Shown one piece after another: positions 1 to 9,678 of a stretch of DNA of 64,000 nt. The position numbers and the translations under genes are program-made. How positions within the stretch are numbered: the stretch's first letter is position 1; every line of letters starts with the position of its first letter. Below the pieces are notes generated by a model. It was given only the letters and a program-made list of their open reading frames with translations, had not been told where the DNA came from and did not search any database. The stretch comes from Minisyncoccia bacterium (GTDB lineage: Bacteria; Patescibacteriota; Minisyncoccia; Phycocordibacterales; Phycocordibacteraceae): the NCBI GenBank assembly GCA_038212075.1, contig JBBQUV010000005.1, forward strand, positions 9,984 to 73,983, read 5' to 3'.

Positions 1-171
1 AACATCTCTTTACGGACGTGGAGATCTTCAGACTTACCATCTTCAAAACGGATAGCGGCAACTCTAAAGTATCTCCCTGGACTGATTGCCCTTCGCTACA
101 CCATCAAAGGGTTTGCGTAGTAGCGATGCAAAACAAGTACAGCAATCTCCATTCGAGGGCCGGCGCTTTTT

Positions 172-1365
172 TTGTTGAAAAATCGTCTCGTGAGGCGTAC
201 AGTTATTTTTGTAAATATGAATTATTCGCGTGTCATAGATGAAATCTTTCGCCAATTCGACGGGCCCAGATTTTCAATTAAATTATGGGATGGCTCAGAG
301 CGTTATTACGGGTCAGGTGAATCAATAGCGTTTACTCTTGTTATTGACGACGCAATAACCGCCCAACGCTTGCTGGCCCAGGGAGCACTCGGCTTTGGAG
401 AGGCTTATATGGAAGGGAGTCTGCGGATTGAAGGAGATCTTGAGGCATATCTTCGGCTTCGCCATCAATTCAAGCATGTGCGGCGTTCGTTGCGACTCAT
501 GTTCGCCACTTTTCTCGCTAGCAGAAACATACCTCGGGATAGGAAGGATCAAATCGCTTATCACTACGATCTTGGCAATGATTTTTTTCAAATGATTCTA
601 GATCAAAAAACGATGTCTTATTCTGCTGGACGTTATGAGACTGGTTCAGAAGATTTAGCGACAGCCCAGCAAAAAAAGCTTGAATTGATATGTCGCTGGC
701 TCAATCTTCCATCTGGCGCATCAGTTCTCGATCTTGGGTCTGGGTGGGGTGGATTTGCTCAGTATGCTGCAAGAAATATGCACTGGAATATTACTGGATA
801 CACGTTAAGTAACGCTCAACTGGAATATTGTCGACAGCTCATAGGAACAAACCAATTGAACTCGCTGGTGTCATTTGAATATCGTGACATGCTAGAAGAT
901 CTTCCAGCCAGCCAATTCGATGGGATTGCTATGATCGAATCTATAGAACACGTCGGTCAAAAAAGACTCCCTCTGTTTTTTGACCAGCTCAAACAGGTGC
1001 TTAAGCCGGGGGGATCGGCAGTCATTCAGTTTACGGGCCGATATAAACCACACCCTGTAGATCGGTGGACATTAAAGTACGTATTTCCAGGAGGATACTT
1101 GCCGACCAAGGAAGAACTTATTGCTGCTGCTACCCAATCCGGTTTTGTAGTTGAAGAATTTTGTGACGATACTCCTGATTACATCCGTACAATGACTGCA
1201 TGGATAAAAAACTTAGAAAGTCATCGTAACGATCTCGAACGTAAATTTAATAAGTCATTCTATCTACTTTGGGAGCTGTGGATGCACGGAGTGAGGGTTG
1301 CTTTCGAAATAAACTCTATGAGTTTATTTCGTCTTCACTTAAAACGCCCCAACAAGACCTTGTAG
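172..1365 (+). CDS. cyclopropane-fatty-acyl-phospholipid synthase family SAM-dependent methyltransferase (start may be the Met at 217)
   Basis: 397-aa ORF; class I SAM motif VLDLGSGWGGFAQYAARN; N-terminal WDGSERYYG region and overall length typical of CFA/mycolic-acid-synthase-like lipid methyltransferases. Confidence 0.7.
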   Translation: MLKNRLVRRTVIFVNMNYSRVIDEIFRQFDGPRFSIKLWDGSERYYGSGESIAFTLVIDDAITAQRLLAQGALGFGEAYMEGSLRIEGDLEAYLRLRHQFKHVRRSLRLMFATFLASRNIPRDRKDQIAYHYDLGNDFFQMILDQKTMSYSAGRYETGSEDLATAQQKKLELICRWLNLPSGASVLDLGSGWGGFAQYAARNMHWNITGYTLSNAQLEYCRQLIGTNQLNSLVSFEYRDMLEDLPASQFDGIAMIESIEHVGQKRLPLFFDQLKQVLKPGGSAVIQFTGRYKPHPVDRWTLKYVFPGGYLPTKEELIAAATQSGFVVEEFCDDTPDYIRTMTAWIKNLESHRNDLERKFNKSFYLLWELWMHGVRVAFEINSMSLFRLHLKRPNKTL

Positions 1366-1407
1366 GTAGGCAATTCGTGTGAGAAAATGGTATTTTAATT
1401 CAATACT

Positions 1408-1956
1408 ATGATCAACCCACAGCCAATACCTGCTTTGAATGAGACCACTGTTGCCCCAGTGCCGGTAGTAAAGAGTATTTGGGGCAAAGGTATACCCCGG
1501 ATCAACCGAATTTTCATGGTCATTTCACTTATACTCGTTTTGGGACTAGATCTCGCTATCCTTTTTGTCTCAGGTTTTTTGTTGCTTCCATTCTGGATCG
1601 TCATGCTTGTGGTGCTTGGAGTATTTGCAGTATTCTTTTATCTTGAAAATTATGTATTTAGCAAAAGATTCGCAAATACTAAGTCTGCATTAGATCCGTG
1701 GATATCTGCAATTATCGTCGCACGCAACGTCATTTTTGTGCTCAACTTCGTTCCTTTAATTCAAATACTCGGGCTCGCATTTCTTGCCGGGTTTTCTGCG
1801 GTCATCCCGAGCGCCTTATTTGGGAGCAACCTTTCTGGGCTTGGCGACTTAGGCGGTCTTGGAATAATGCCGATGATAGTACCTGGGCTATTTTTACTCT
1901 ACATCATTCTCATGGCTGCCCGATTTTCAGCGACAAAGAAAGTACCTGGTCAATAA
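1408..1956 (+). CDS. hypothetical polytopic membrane protein
   Basis: 182-aa ORF with several hydrophobic helices; no motif recognised. Confidence 0.4.
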   Translation: MINPQPIPALNETTVAPVPVVKSIWGKGIPRINRIFMVISLILVLGLDLAILFVSGFLLLPFWIVMLVVLGVFAVFFYLENYVFSKRFANTKSALDPWISAIIVARNVIFVLNFVPLIQILGLAFLAGFSAVIPSALFGSNLSGLGDLGGLGIMPMIVPGLFLLYIILMAARFSATKKVPGQ

Positions 1957-1960
1957 GTAT

Positions 1961-2647
1961 CTACGCCAGTTGAAGAATTTTCTCCATCAAGACAGAAGCC
2001 GCTTTTTCATAATCGTTTCGATCAACGTCAATTACTGCGTCCTCCGTATTTTGAAAGATATCTTTTGCGTAGAGCGGTGCGCCAAAAGTCACAATGACTT
2101 TTCTCTTACCACTGAGGAGATCTCTAAACGTGAGCTGTTCCAAATCCTGTATTAATAGGGGTACTATTGGGAGTTGCTTCTCCCTAGCAAGGAAACTTAC
2201 TCCACCTTTGGCTACAGGAGCCTCTCCTCGCAGGTTTCTTTTTCCTGATGGAAAAATACATACACTCTTTCCCTTATCAATAAACGTAAGGTGATGGTGA
2301 AGGGCACGTTTGTAGTTCTTTAATCCCACATATGCTTGGTATGCGCCCATCATTTTAAAAAAAATTCCACCGTAAATAATCCGTTTCCACCCGTTTTCAG
2401 CATAAAAGTTCTTTTCACGTGAAGTAAAAAACAGCGGAAGGTGGCGAGAAAAGAAAGGTAGGCATGCAACTATTAACAATGGGTCCAGTTCGCTCGTATG
2501 ATTGCTGGCGATAATCATATTACCTTTTATGTTTTTGACGTTCTCTAAACCCCTAATCTCAAGAGAACAAAAAATAGACATCGAGACCCGCAAGGGACCC
2601 CATATGAGGTGTTGGAACACACTGGGCATTATTTCGTATGTTTCCAT
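1961..2647 (-). CDS. lysophospholipid acyltransferase (PlsC/LPLAT family)
   Basis: 228-aa ORF; HX4D acyltransferase motif NHTSELD, downstream FP..G/R blocks typical of 1-acyl-sn-glycerol-3-phosphate acyltransferases. Confidence 0.6.
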   Translation of the reverse strand: METYEIMPSVFQHLIWGPLRVSMSIFCSLEIRGLENVKNIKGNMIIASNHTSELDPLLIVACLPFFSRHLPLFFTSREKNFYAENGWKRIIYGGIFFKMMGAYQAYVGLKNYKRALHHHLTFIDKGKSVCIFPSGKRNLRGEAPVAKGGVSFLAREKQLPIVPLLIQDLEQLTFRDLLSGKRKVIVTFGAPLYAKDIFQNTEDAVIDVDRNDYEKAASVLMEKILQLA

Positions 2648-2739
2648 TTAGCAGGGATACATTTACCTGTGCATAAGTACACTTTTCATCCACACTAGCA
2701 TAGTATTATATTCCACATAAGAGACCTCTTATTAATACT

Positions 2740-3396
2740 TTGAAAGTAACAACTATGAACTCCTCTGTAGTACTGTTTTTCATAAGTAACGTGCTGGCCA
2801 CGGTCTTGTTGGGTGGCAAATTTGTAAGCAGAAACGACCGCGTTTTTAAGTATTTTGGAATCGGTCTTCTGCTTGATGCTACCGCATTCGCAATGTGGAC
2901 GATCGGGTATATCAATCCAGGACAGCTTCTAACGTTCGTTACCTTTGGCGCGATGGCTTTTCTTGCTTCTCTGGTTGTTTTCCTATTTGCATCTCTTCAG
3001 CAAACTCCTGCAAGTACCCGCTTGTTAGTAACACTCCTTGGGGCCGCCGCCGTCATTGGAATATTTTACGTTGGAAACCAGTCTGCTAATTCGGCATTCA
3101 TATCGCCCGAAGGATTTCTGTTCTTTAATTTGACGCCACTCGTTCAAATGATTTATCTTTTCGGGCTGGCGTTTGCCTCACTTCCATTAATCGACATGAT
3201 CGCTTCAAGATTTAAAGCACCGTTTTCCGCACTTGTGCGATACGGTCTTATTACGGAGGTTGTGGGAGGCATCATGCTTATTACGAATAAGGACGCTCAA
3301 GTCCTGTACATTACCGGCTGGATTATAGGTATTGTGTATTTTGCTCTCTGGGCAACACTGCTTTTTAACCGCAAAGCTTGGTCGAGCGCAAACTGA
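2740..3396 (+). CDS. hypothetical polytopic membrane protein (first gene of co-directional operon 2740-10296)
   Basis: 218-aa ORF, about 6 predicted TM helices; no motif recognised. Confidence 0.45.
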   Translation: MKVTTMNSSVVLFFISNVLATVLLGGKFVSRNDRVFKYFGIGLLLDATAFAMWTIGYINPGQLLTFVTFGAMAFLASLVVFLFASLQQTPASTRLLVTLLGAAAVIGIFYVGNQSANSAFISPEGFLFFNLTPLVQMIYLFGLAFASLPLIDMIASRFKAPFSALVRYGLITEVVGGIMLITNKDAQVLYITGWIIGIVYFALWATLLFNRKAWSSAN

Positions 3397-3468
3397 ACGA
3401 ACGCTTATGGGTTCGTTTTTTGCTTGCCCCTTCTCTCGGGGTAGAGTACGGTTTACTGCTTTGCACCC

Positions 3469-4434
3469 ATGAAAGTATTAATTACAGGAATCACTGGAAA
3501 TTTAGGCCATGAAGTATCGCTTGACTTGCATCGGCGAGGCAGCACTCTAATACCTCTTGTACGCTCGGGAAATAGCAAAATTACATCTCACCCAGTACAT
3601 TTTGAAGAAGTGATCGAGGGTGATTTGGTGGAAGAAGGAGAAATTAAATTTTCCGGTGCGGTCGACTGCATTGTTCACTGCGCTGGGGTTGTTCGTTTTC
3701 GTGAGCCCAAAAATAAGAATGAACAGATGATGTTGCGGGTGATAGAGCTCGCAAAGGAGTTGGCAGTGCCTGTCTACGCCGTAAGCACCGCGTTTGTATA
3801 TAGACCACGAGGCACAACTAATGGATTCAATAATGACTATGAGCAAGACAAATTTCGAGCTGAACAAGCCCTTATTAGTTCTGGCGTATCGTATAGCATA
3901 TTTAGACCTTCGGTTTTAACCGGTAACAGTCACACCGGAGAAATACAGAACTTCAGCGGCTACTATCTAATGGTACGAGCGTTTTTATCCGCGGCACGTA
4001 ATGCGATTGAGCATGGGCGCCTGCTGAGATTTCCAAAAATGACTGGAGAATCAAACATGGTTCCTGTCGATCAGGCGGCAGAGTATATTGGCAAAACCAT
4101 ACAAGACGGCCCCCTCAAAGAGATATTCTATATTACTAATCCTGCACCACCTCGATCTGAATGGGTACTCGACGAGACGTTAAACTTTTTTGGCATTCGC
4201 AACGACGTTACCGTATTAGATGTGTCGTTTCAGGAATTTGGCGAACTCAATCTTACGGAAGAAGAGGCTGCGCTTTATCAATTTGCATCACATTTTAGCC
4301 CCTATTGGTCTACGGGATATGAATTTCCCGCTTCTCTTTGCAGCCATAATCTGATAAGTCATAGCTACTTAATGAAGGCACTAAACGTCTTTCGTAACAC
4401 AGAACAACTCGCTTATGGACAAAAAACTTATTAA
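3469..4434 (+). CDS. extended SDR family NAD(P)-dependent reductase/epimerase (thioester- or fatty-acyl-reductase-like)
   Basis: N-terminal Rossmann motif ITGITGNLG; catalytic YxxxK as YEQDK followed by FRAEQAL (resembles YxxSKxxAE of thioester-reductase domains); RPSVLTG block. Confidence 0.6.
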   Translation: MKVLITGITGNLGHEVSLDLHRRGSTLIPLVRSGNSKITSHPVHFEEVIEGDLVEEGEIKFSGAVDCIVHCAGVVRFREPKNKNEQMMLRVIELAKELAVPVYAVSTAFVYRPRGTTNGFNNDYEQDKFRAEQALISSGVSYSIFRPSVLTGNSHTGEIQNFSGYYLMVRAFLSAARNAIEHGRLLRFPKMTGESNMVPVDQAAEYIGKTIQDGPLKEIFYITNPAPPRSEWVLDETLNFFGIRNDVTVLDVSFQEFGELNLTEEEAALYQFASHFSPYWSTGYEFPASLCSHNLISHSYLMKALNVFRNTEQLAYGQKTY

Positions 4435-5497
4435 TTATAGCCAGTGTTGGGAAGATCCTCAGATCTTGGAAGAAGCGCTTTCGATTCACACAGGTGACTG
4501 CGTTCTATCCATAACATCGGGAGGAGATAACACGTTGGCTCTCTTGCTTGCCGGTCCGCAAAAAGTGGTCTCAATTGATCTGAATCCAGCCCAAAATTAT
4601 TTGCTTGAACTGAAGATGGCTGCGGCACAAAGCCTTACATACACAGAGTATCTGGAATTTTTAGGTGTTGTTGAATCAAACACCAGGGCTTCATACTTTG
4701 AAAAAGTACGTCCGCACCTGTCTTCTGCCACGAGTGTATGGTGGTCAAATCATACCCACTTAGTCGGCAAGGGTGTTATTCATTGTGGTCGCTTTGAGCG
4801 ATTCACCACGTGGTTTGCACAAAATATTTTACCACTCATACATTCCAGAAGCACGATTCTAAGTCTTCTATCTTTTAGCGATGTCGAGGATCAGCGGATT
4901 TTCTACCGAGATCAATGGAACTCTTGGCGATGGAGATTCCTTTTTGGTCTGGCATCCAACCGATTCATGTTGAGAAGGTTTGCTCGTCAACGAGGGATGT
5001 TTTCGTATTCAAAAGGAAAGACAGTCGCCGACTTGTATCGTAAAAGATTAGAGCGACACCTTACCGCTGTCTCTATTGAAAGCAACTTCTTCTTACATTA
5101 CAGCTTGACGGGAAAATATGGTCACGACCTACCTCCGTATCTGCAAGAAAAAGGATATTCGCAGTTGAAGCGAGTGTCAGCGTCAGCGCTCTCGATTGAG
5201 ACGAATGATCTCTTAACTTATTTAAGATCTAAACCCGCCAGCACCTTTTCCAAGTTTAATCTATCGGACATATTTGAAGCTCTTTCCCCAGTAGAAAATG
5301 ATATCTTATGGGAAGAAATTCTTCGCACAGCAAAGCATGGTGCTGTTGTGGCGTATTGGAACAATCTTGTTCAACGAACCTACCCACCTCATTTATCCGC
5401 TCATTTTCAGGTAGATGAGAAACGTGTGAGCCAGTTACGGTCAAAAGATAAGGTTTTTTTCTATGAAAGTTTTCATGTCCATACCATTCTAAAATGA
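4415..5497 (+). CDS. DUF3419/BtaA-like putative SAM-dependent transferase
   Basis: 360-aa ORF; N-terminal YSQCWEDPQILEEAL block, which I recall as the signature of DUF3419 (betaine-lipid synthase BtaA family); Rossmann-like VLSITSGGDNTLALL..VVSIDLNP; overlaps the upstream gene by 20 nt. Confidence 0.4.
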   Translation: MDKKLINYSQCWEDPQILEEALSIHTGDCVLSITSGGDNTLALLLAGPQKVVSIDLNPAQNYLLELKMAAAQSLTYTEYLEFLGVVESNTRASYFEKVRPHLSSATSVWWSNHTHLVGKGVIHCGRFERFTTWFAQNILPLIHSRSTILSLLSFSDVEDQRIFYRDQWNSWRWRFLFGLASNRFMLRRFARQRGMFSYSKGKTVADLYRKRLERHLTAVSIESNFFLHYSLTGKYGHDLPPYLQEKGYSQLKRVSASALSIETNDLLTYLRSKPASTFSKFNLSDIFEALSPVENDILWEEILRTAKHGAVVAYWNNLVQRTYPPHLSAHFQVDEKRVSQLRSKDKVFFYESFHVHTILK

Positions 5498-6390
5498 TCA
5501 CAAGAGCATATAAAACAGTTAAGAAATTCTACTCTTATCAACAAAAGCGATTCCCTTTGATCGTGCTGGCCCTGAGTCTCTCTCCAGCCATTTTAAGTTC
5601 AGGAGCCATTATATCTGTTCATCCGAGCATATTTCATATGGGTTCCGCACTTGTAGCTTCAATTGCATACCTGTTGCATATTAGAATTATAGATGAGCAT
5701 CGTGATTTTGATCACGATAACGTACACCATGCCACCCGCCCTGTTCAGGCGGGGACTATCTCCAAAGAGGAACTGCATCATATAGATATCTCGGCAGTTG
5801 CTCTTTTGGTTCTTATCGCAGCAAGTGCAGGATCACAAGCTTTTGCAACTGCGGTAGTCATGCTGTCGTACTCATATCTCGCTGGAAAGGAATTCTTCGT
5901 TGGTGAAAAGATCCGCAGATATTTTTTTAGTTATAACGCTGCAAATCTTATTCAAATGTTCTTGATGCAGATTTTTGTATATACGATTTTTGCAAATCCA
6001 TTCCCATTTAACACACTTATTCTCGCTCACTTTATTTTTACGAGTGTCGGTACGGTCATTTTTGAGTTTGTACGTAAGCTAAAAATACCAGGGGACGATG
6101 GTTCGGGTAGAGATACATACACTTGGTATCTTGGATTTTATAAAGCGATCGCTATCTATCAAGTGCTCCTCGTATCAGATACGTTACTTTTCATATGGAT
6201 TGCAACACTTCTTTTGCCACATACTGCTGTTCTACTCTCTTTTGCGTTAGGATTAGCGATGTTGGCTTCTTTGTCCACTCTGATCCATACAAGGAAGAAG
6301 ACACATCAGACAGATCAACTTATGCAGCTGTCTTTTTTGCTCTTATACGGAATCTTCAATCTCGCAATTTATTTCCTTAAAATCATATAA
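5494..6390 (+). CDS. UbiA-family integral membrane prenyltransferase
   Basis: 298-aa polytopic protein; Asp-rich motif DEHRDFDHD followed by NVHHATRPVQAGTIS (compare UbiA NDxxDxxxD...RTANRPLPSG); ATGA overlap with the upstream gene. Confidence 0.55.
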   Translation: MITRAYKTVKKFYSYQQKRFPLIVLALSLSPAILSSGAIISVHPSIFHMGSALVASIAYLLHIRIIDEHRDFDHDNVHHATRPVQAGTISKEELHHIDISAVALLVLIAASAGSQAFATAVVMLSYSYLAGKEFFVGEKIRRYFFSYNAANLIQMFLMQIFVYTIFANPFPFNTLILAHFIFTSVGTVIFEFVRKLKIPGDDGSGRDTYTWYLGFYKAIAIYQVLLVSDTLLFIWIATLLLPHTAVLLSFALGLAMLASLSTLIHTRKKTHQTDQLMQLSFLLLYGIFNLAIYFLKII

Positions 6391-8667
6391 ATGCTTAAAA
6401 GTGGCAAGGCACATTCGCTAAGACGACTTAAAGACGGTGGCTGTCTCGTGCCTCCATTTTTTGTGTGTGATGCAACGTGGTCAGAGGGAGAGATATTGAA
6501 AAAGATAGATACCAGCCTACCAGGTGTTGAGTATTTCGCTGTTCGCTCTTCAGCAGCGAATGAGGATTCAAGTGATCGATCTTTTGCGGGGCATTTTTAC
6601 ACTGCAATAGGAGTAGGTCGTCGAGATATCATTGCAGAAGTAGGTAAGGTGCAAAAGTCCTACGAAGAAATGTCAGGTTCGGTAATCGTGCAGGAGTTCA
6701 TATCCAGCGATACGGCTGGCGTCATGTTTACTGAAGTGGGCAAAGACACTGTAGTCATAAATTCAACAACCGGTCTTTGTCGACCAGTCGTTGAGGGTGG
6801 TGCGTGCGATGAATATTTGTTGAGCAAAGATGGTACTTTGGTACGAAAAACGATTCCTACAGAAAAAGGAGTACTTCTGTTTAAAGATCAGAAGATTATT
6901 TCCGAAAAGAGTAGTGAAGAATCTCTCAATGAGTCGAAGATAAGCCAATTGATAAAGGTAGGTGCTAAGATTCAGGATCTTTTTGACTCGCCTCAAGATA
7001 TTGAGTGGTGTTTCAAAGATGGCGAATTATATATTCTTCAGTCTCGCCCCATTACGAGGGATTTTAAAGTTGGAAAGGAAGAATATTTTGATAGTGCCAA
7101 TATAGCAGAAAGTTATTCAGGTATTGTTCTTCCTCTTACTTGTTCATTCGCCAAGACGGTATACGAACAGGTCTACAAGGACCTCCTTCACATGTCTGGG
7201 GTCTCAAGAAAAAAGATAGAGCGTCATTCCGAAGTCTTTGAAGGCTTACTCGGTTTTTTCTATGGAAGGATGTACTACAACATGAACAATTGGTATCGCA
7301 TGGCGGAGTTCGTACCCGGGTATAGTAGGAACAAACAGAACTTCGAGTTAATGATTACGAGCAACATCAAACAAGATGTTGCAACGGTAATAAGACCCTC
7401 TTTTGGTCTACGAGCTCTGTACCCCGTAATTGTTGGCCTAAAGGTAGCTGCGTTCGGAGTTACTTCATCGAGTTTTAAATCGGGAGTAGAGTGCCACTTA
7501 CGTCTCCTTAGAAATCAGGACTTCAAACGTCTAAACTATAAAGACTCAATCACTTTATTTGAAAATATAAATAAGAATCTATTGCGCCGATGGTACATCA
7601 CGCTTGAGAACGATTTTTTTGTGATGACGTATTTAGGAATTCTGAGAAAGCTACTTAACGAAGATCTATTGCAAAAAGCCATTACGTTTCCAAGTAAAGC
7701 AACTGAACAGGTTGATGCGCTGTCGGCTCTTAGTAAGCAAATGAGTGACGTTAGGGAAGTATGGCAGGCTGTCGAATCTGACGATGTTAAAAGATTTAAG
7801 GTGGAACTGGAACGTAATGCAAAACTATCTGTCGCTCTTGATACCTATCTACACACATTCGGTGGAAGATTTGCAAGCGAGTTAAAGCTTGAATCAATCG
7901 GCGTGGATGAAGATCCAAAAAAACTGTTTGTAGTTTTAAAGGCCTATCGGAATTACAAGCCTAAATCAGGCATCGTTCAACCAGATTTATCCTTACCTTT
8001 TTTCAAGAAGCTTATCGTAAAGATAATAGTGGGTAAATTCAGGAAATACGCCTCTCGCCGTGAGGACTTTCGTTTGTTGCGTTCTAACACGTTTGCTATG
8101 GCCAGACATCTCTTCAGACATATGGGTACCTTGCTGGTAAGGGGGGGTAGCATACAAAACCAGGGCGATGTGTTTTATTTAACAATGCAAGAAATACTCG
8201 ATCCACGAGCCCATACGCATAGCCATCTCACAGAGGTCGTGGCAAAGAGAAAAGAAGAATACGTCTCCTATAAAGATACCGTTCCACCATCTCATTTTTC
8301 GACGATTAATGGTCAGCTACCCCCAGTCGTAGCTTCAGCCATGTCCAAGCAACATACAATTCATGCTCGCCCAGCATCTCCCGGAACGGTGAGAGGTCGA
8401 GTAAAGGTATTTAGAGAGTTTTCAATGCCAAATCAAGTAGACTTTGATATCTTAGTGACATCACACACTGATCCGGGGTGGACGTCACTTATCGCGTTAT
8501 CTAAAGGGCTTATTATTGAGCATGGCGGGGTGTTGTCGCATGCTTCAATTGTGGCCCGAGAGTTGGGCATACCAGCCGTAATTGGTGCCACAAATATTCT
8601 CAATACACTAGTAGACTACCAAACAGTAGAAATGGACGGATCGACTGGAGTAATTAATTTATCGTAG
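6391..8667 (+). CDS. PEP-utilising-enzyme family protein (PEP synthase / rifampin-phosphotransferase-like ATP-dependent phosphotransferase)
   Basis: 758 aa; PPDK_N/ATP-grasp block FAVRSSAANEDSSDRSFAGHFYT; C-terminal swivelling phospho-His domain GGVLSHASIVARELGIPAVIG; no PEP/pyruvate-binding TIM-barrel segment evident. Confidence 0.7.
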   Translation: MLKSGKAHSLRRLKDGGCLVPPFFVCDATWSEGEILKKIDTSLPGVEYFAVRSSAANEDSSDRSFAGHFYTAIGVGRRDIIAEVGKVQKSYEEMSGSVIVQEFISSDTAGVMFTEVGKDTVVINSTTGLCRPVVEGGACDEYLLSKDGTLVRKTIPTEKGVLLFKDQKIISEKSSEESLNESKISQLIKVGAKIQDLFDSPQDIEWCFKDGELYILQSRPITRDFKVGKEEYFDSANIAESYSGIVLPLTCSFAKTVYEQVYKDLLHMSGVSRKKIERHSEVFEGLLGFFYGRMYYNMNNWYRMAEFVPGYSRNKQNFELMITSNIKQDVATVIRPSFGLRALYPVIVGLKVAAFGVTSSSFKSGVECHLRLLRNQDFKRLNYKDSITLFENINKNLLRRWYITLENDFFVMTYLGILRKLLNEDLLQKAITFPSKATEQVDALSALSKQMSDVREVWQAVESDDVKRFKVELERNAKLSVALDTYLHTFGGRFASELKLESIGVDEDPKKLFVVLKAYRNYKPKSGIVQPDLSLPFFKKLIVKIIVGKFRKYASRREDFRLLRSNTFAMARHLFRHMGTLLVRGGSIQNQGDVFYLTMQEILDPRAHTHSHLTEVVAKRKEEYVSYKDTVPPSHFSTINGQLPPVVASAMSKQHTIHARPASPGTVRGRVKVFREFSMPNQVDFDILVTSHTDPGWTSLIALSKGLIIEHGGVLSHASIVARELGIPAVIGATNILNTLVDYQTVEMDGSTGVINLS

Positions 8668-8670
8668 GCC

Positions 8671-9675
8671 ATGAATATCAAACCATATCAAAATAACTCT
8701 TTCGCCAACGAGCTCAGCGATCTCCTGCGGAAGAAATATGGAAACAACAAAAACTTCGACTATTTTTTAAGTGACTTCAGGAAGGCGTTTAGCTTTTGTA
8801 TTGATAATGAGAATGTAAATTTTCAACCAATTGCTGGGTTTGAAGCAGAACAATTGCGTGCACATATCGCTCTCATTGTTGATAAAAGATTACCAACAGG
8901 TGAGGCATTTTTTGGCTTCCTAGAAGCTCCTGAAGACGCCTCGATATTCAGTCTAATGTGGAACAGTCTAGTGCAAGAAGCTCGTGACAAAGGAATTTCG
9001 ATTCTCAAGGGTCCTGTAAACGGGAGCATCTGGCATCAATATAGGTGTGTCAAAGAAACAGACGGCTCTAACTTTTTTAAAGCAGAATTATTTTGCGAGC
9101 CTTACTACTATGATTTTCTTGTCTCAAACAAACCAACCACCGAAGTGCTCTACTACTCAGCTTCTCGGGAACATTTCGATATCGTGTTGCGAATGATCAG
9201 TGAAGCTTCGTACAAGAAACTTGGTGCTTCCGGCTTTTCTATCAAGGCGACGAAACAGGTCACCCCTGAAGAGATGCAAACGGTAGCGAACATCTCCAAA
9301 ACAGTCTTTCATAGTAGTTGGGGATATACCGAACTGAATGAGCGAGAGTTTATGCAGCTCTATTCGCCGGACAAATTAAGTTCACATCTTAATACGCTGT
9401 ACTTGCTCTATAAGGGGAGAGAAATCATAGGTTTTTGTAGTACTTCCAAGGAAGATGATACAACTCTCATTCTAAAAACAATCTGCATTTTGTCACCATA
9501 TCAAGGTTTAGGTTTAGGAAATGCTCTGGCATATAAAATACATCTCGACGCCAAGGAAGACGGTTTTGAAAAGATGGTCTACGCTCTGATACGAGAAGGT
9601 AATAACATAAAGAATTTCCCCAAAGAGGAGGCTGTGATTTTTCGACGCTATGCAGCCTTCGAATTTCACATATAA
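8671..9675 (+). CDS. hypothetical protein with C-terminal GNAT-like acyltransferase fold (possibly tandem GNAT)
   Basis: 334 aa; GNAT motif-A-like YQGLGLGNALAYKI near the C-terminus; no other motif recognised. Confidence 0.4.
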   Translation: MNIKPYQNNSFANELSDLLRKKYGNNKNFDYFLSDFRKAFSFCIDNENVNFQPIAGFEAEQLRAHIALIVDKRLPTGEAFFGFLEAPEDASIFSLMWNSLVQEARDKGISILKGPVNGSIWHQYRCVKETDGSNFFKAELFCEPYYYDFLVSNKPTTEVLYYSASREHFDIVLRMISEASYKKLGASGFSIKATKQVTPEEMQTVANISKTVFHSSWGYTELNEREFMQLYSPDKLSSHLNTLYLLYKGREIIGFCSTSKEDDTTLILKTICILSPYQGLGLGNALAYKIHLDAKEDGFEKMVYALIREGNNIKNFPKEEAVIFRRYAAFEFHI

Positions 9676-9678
9676 AAT

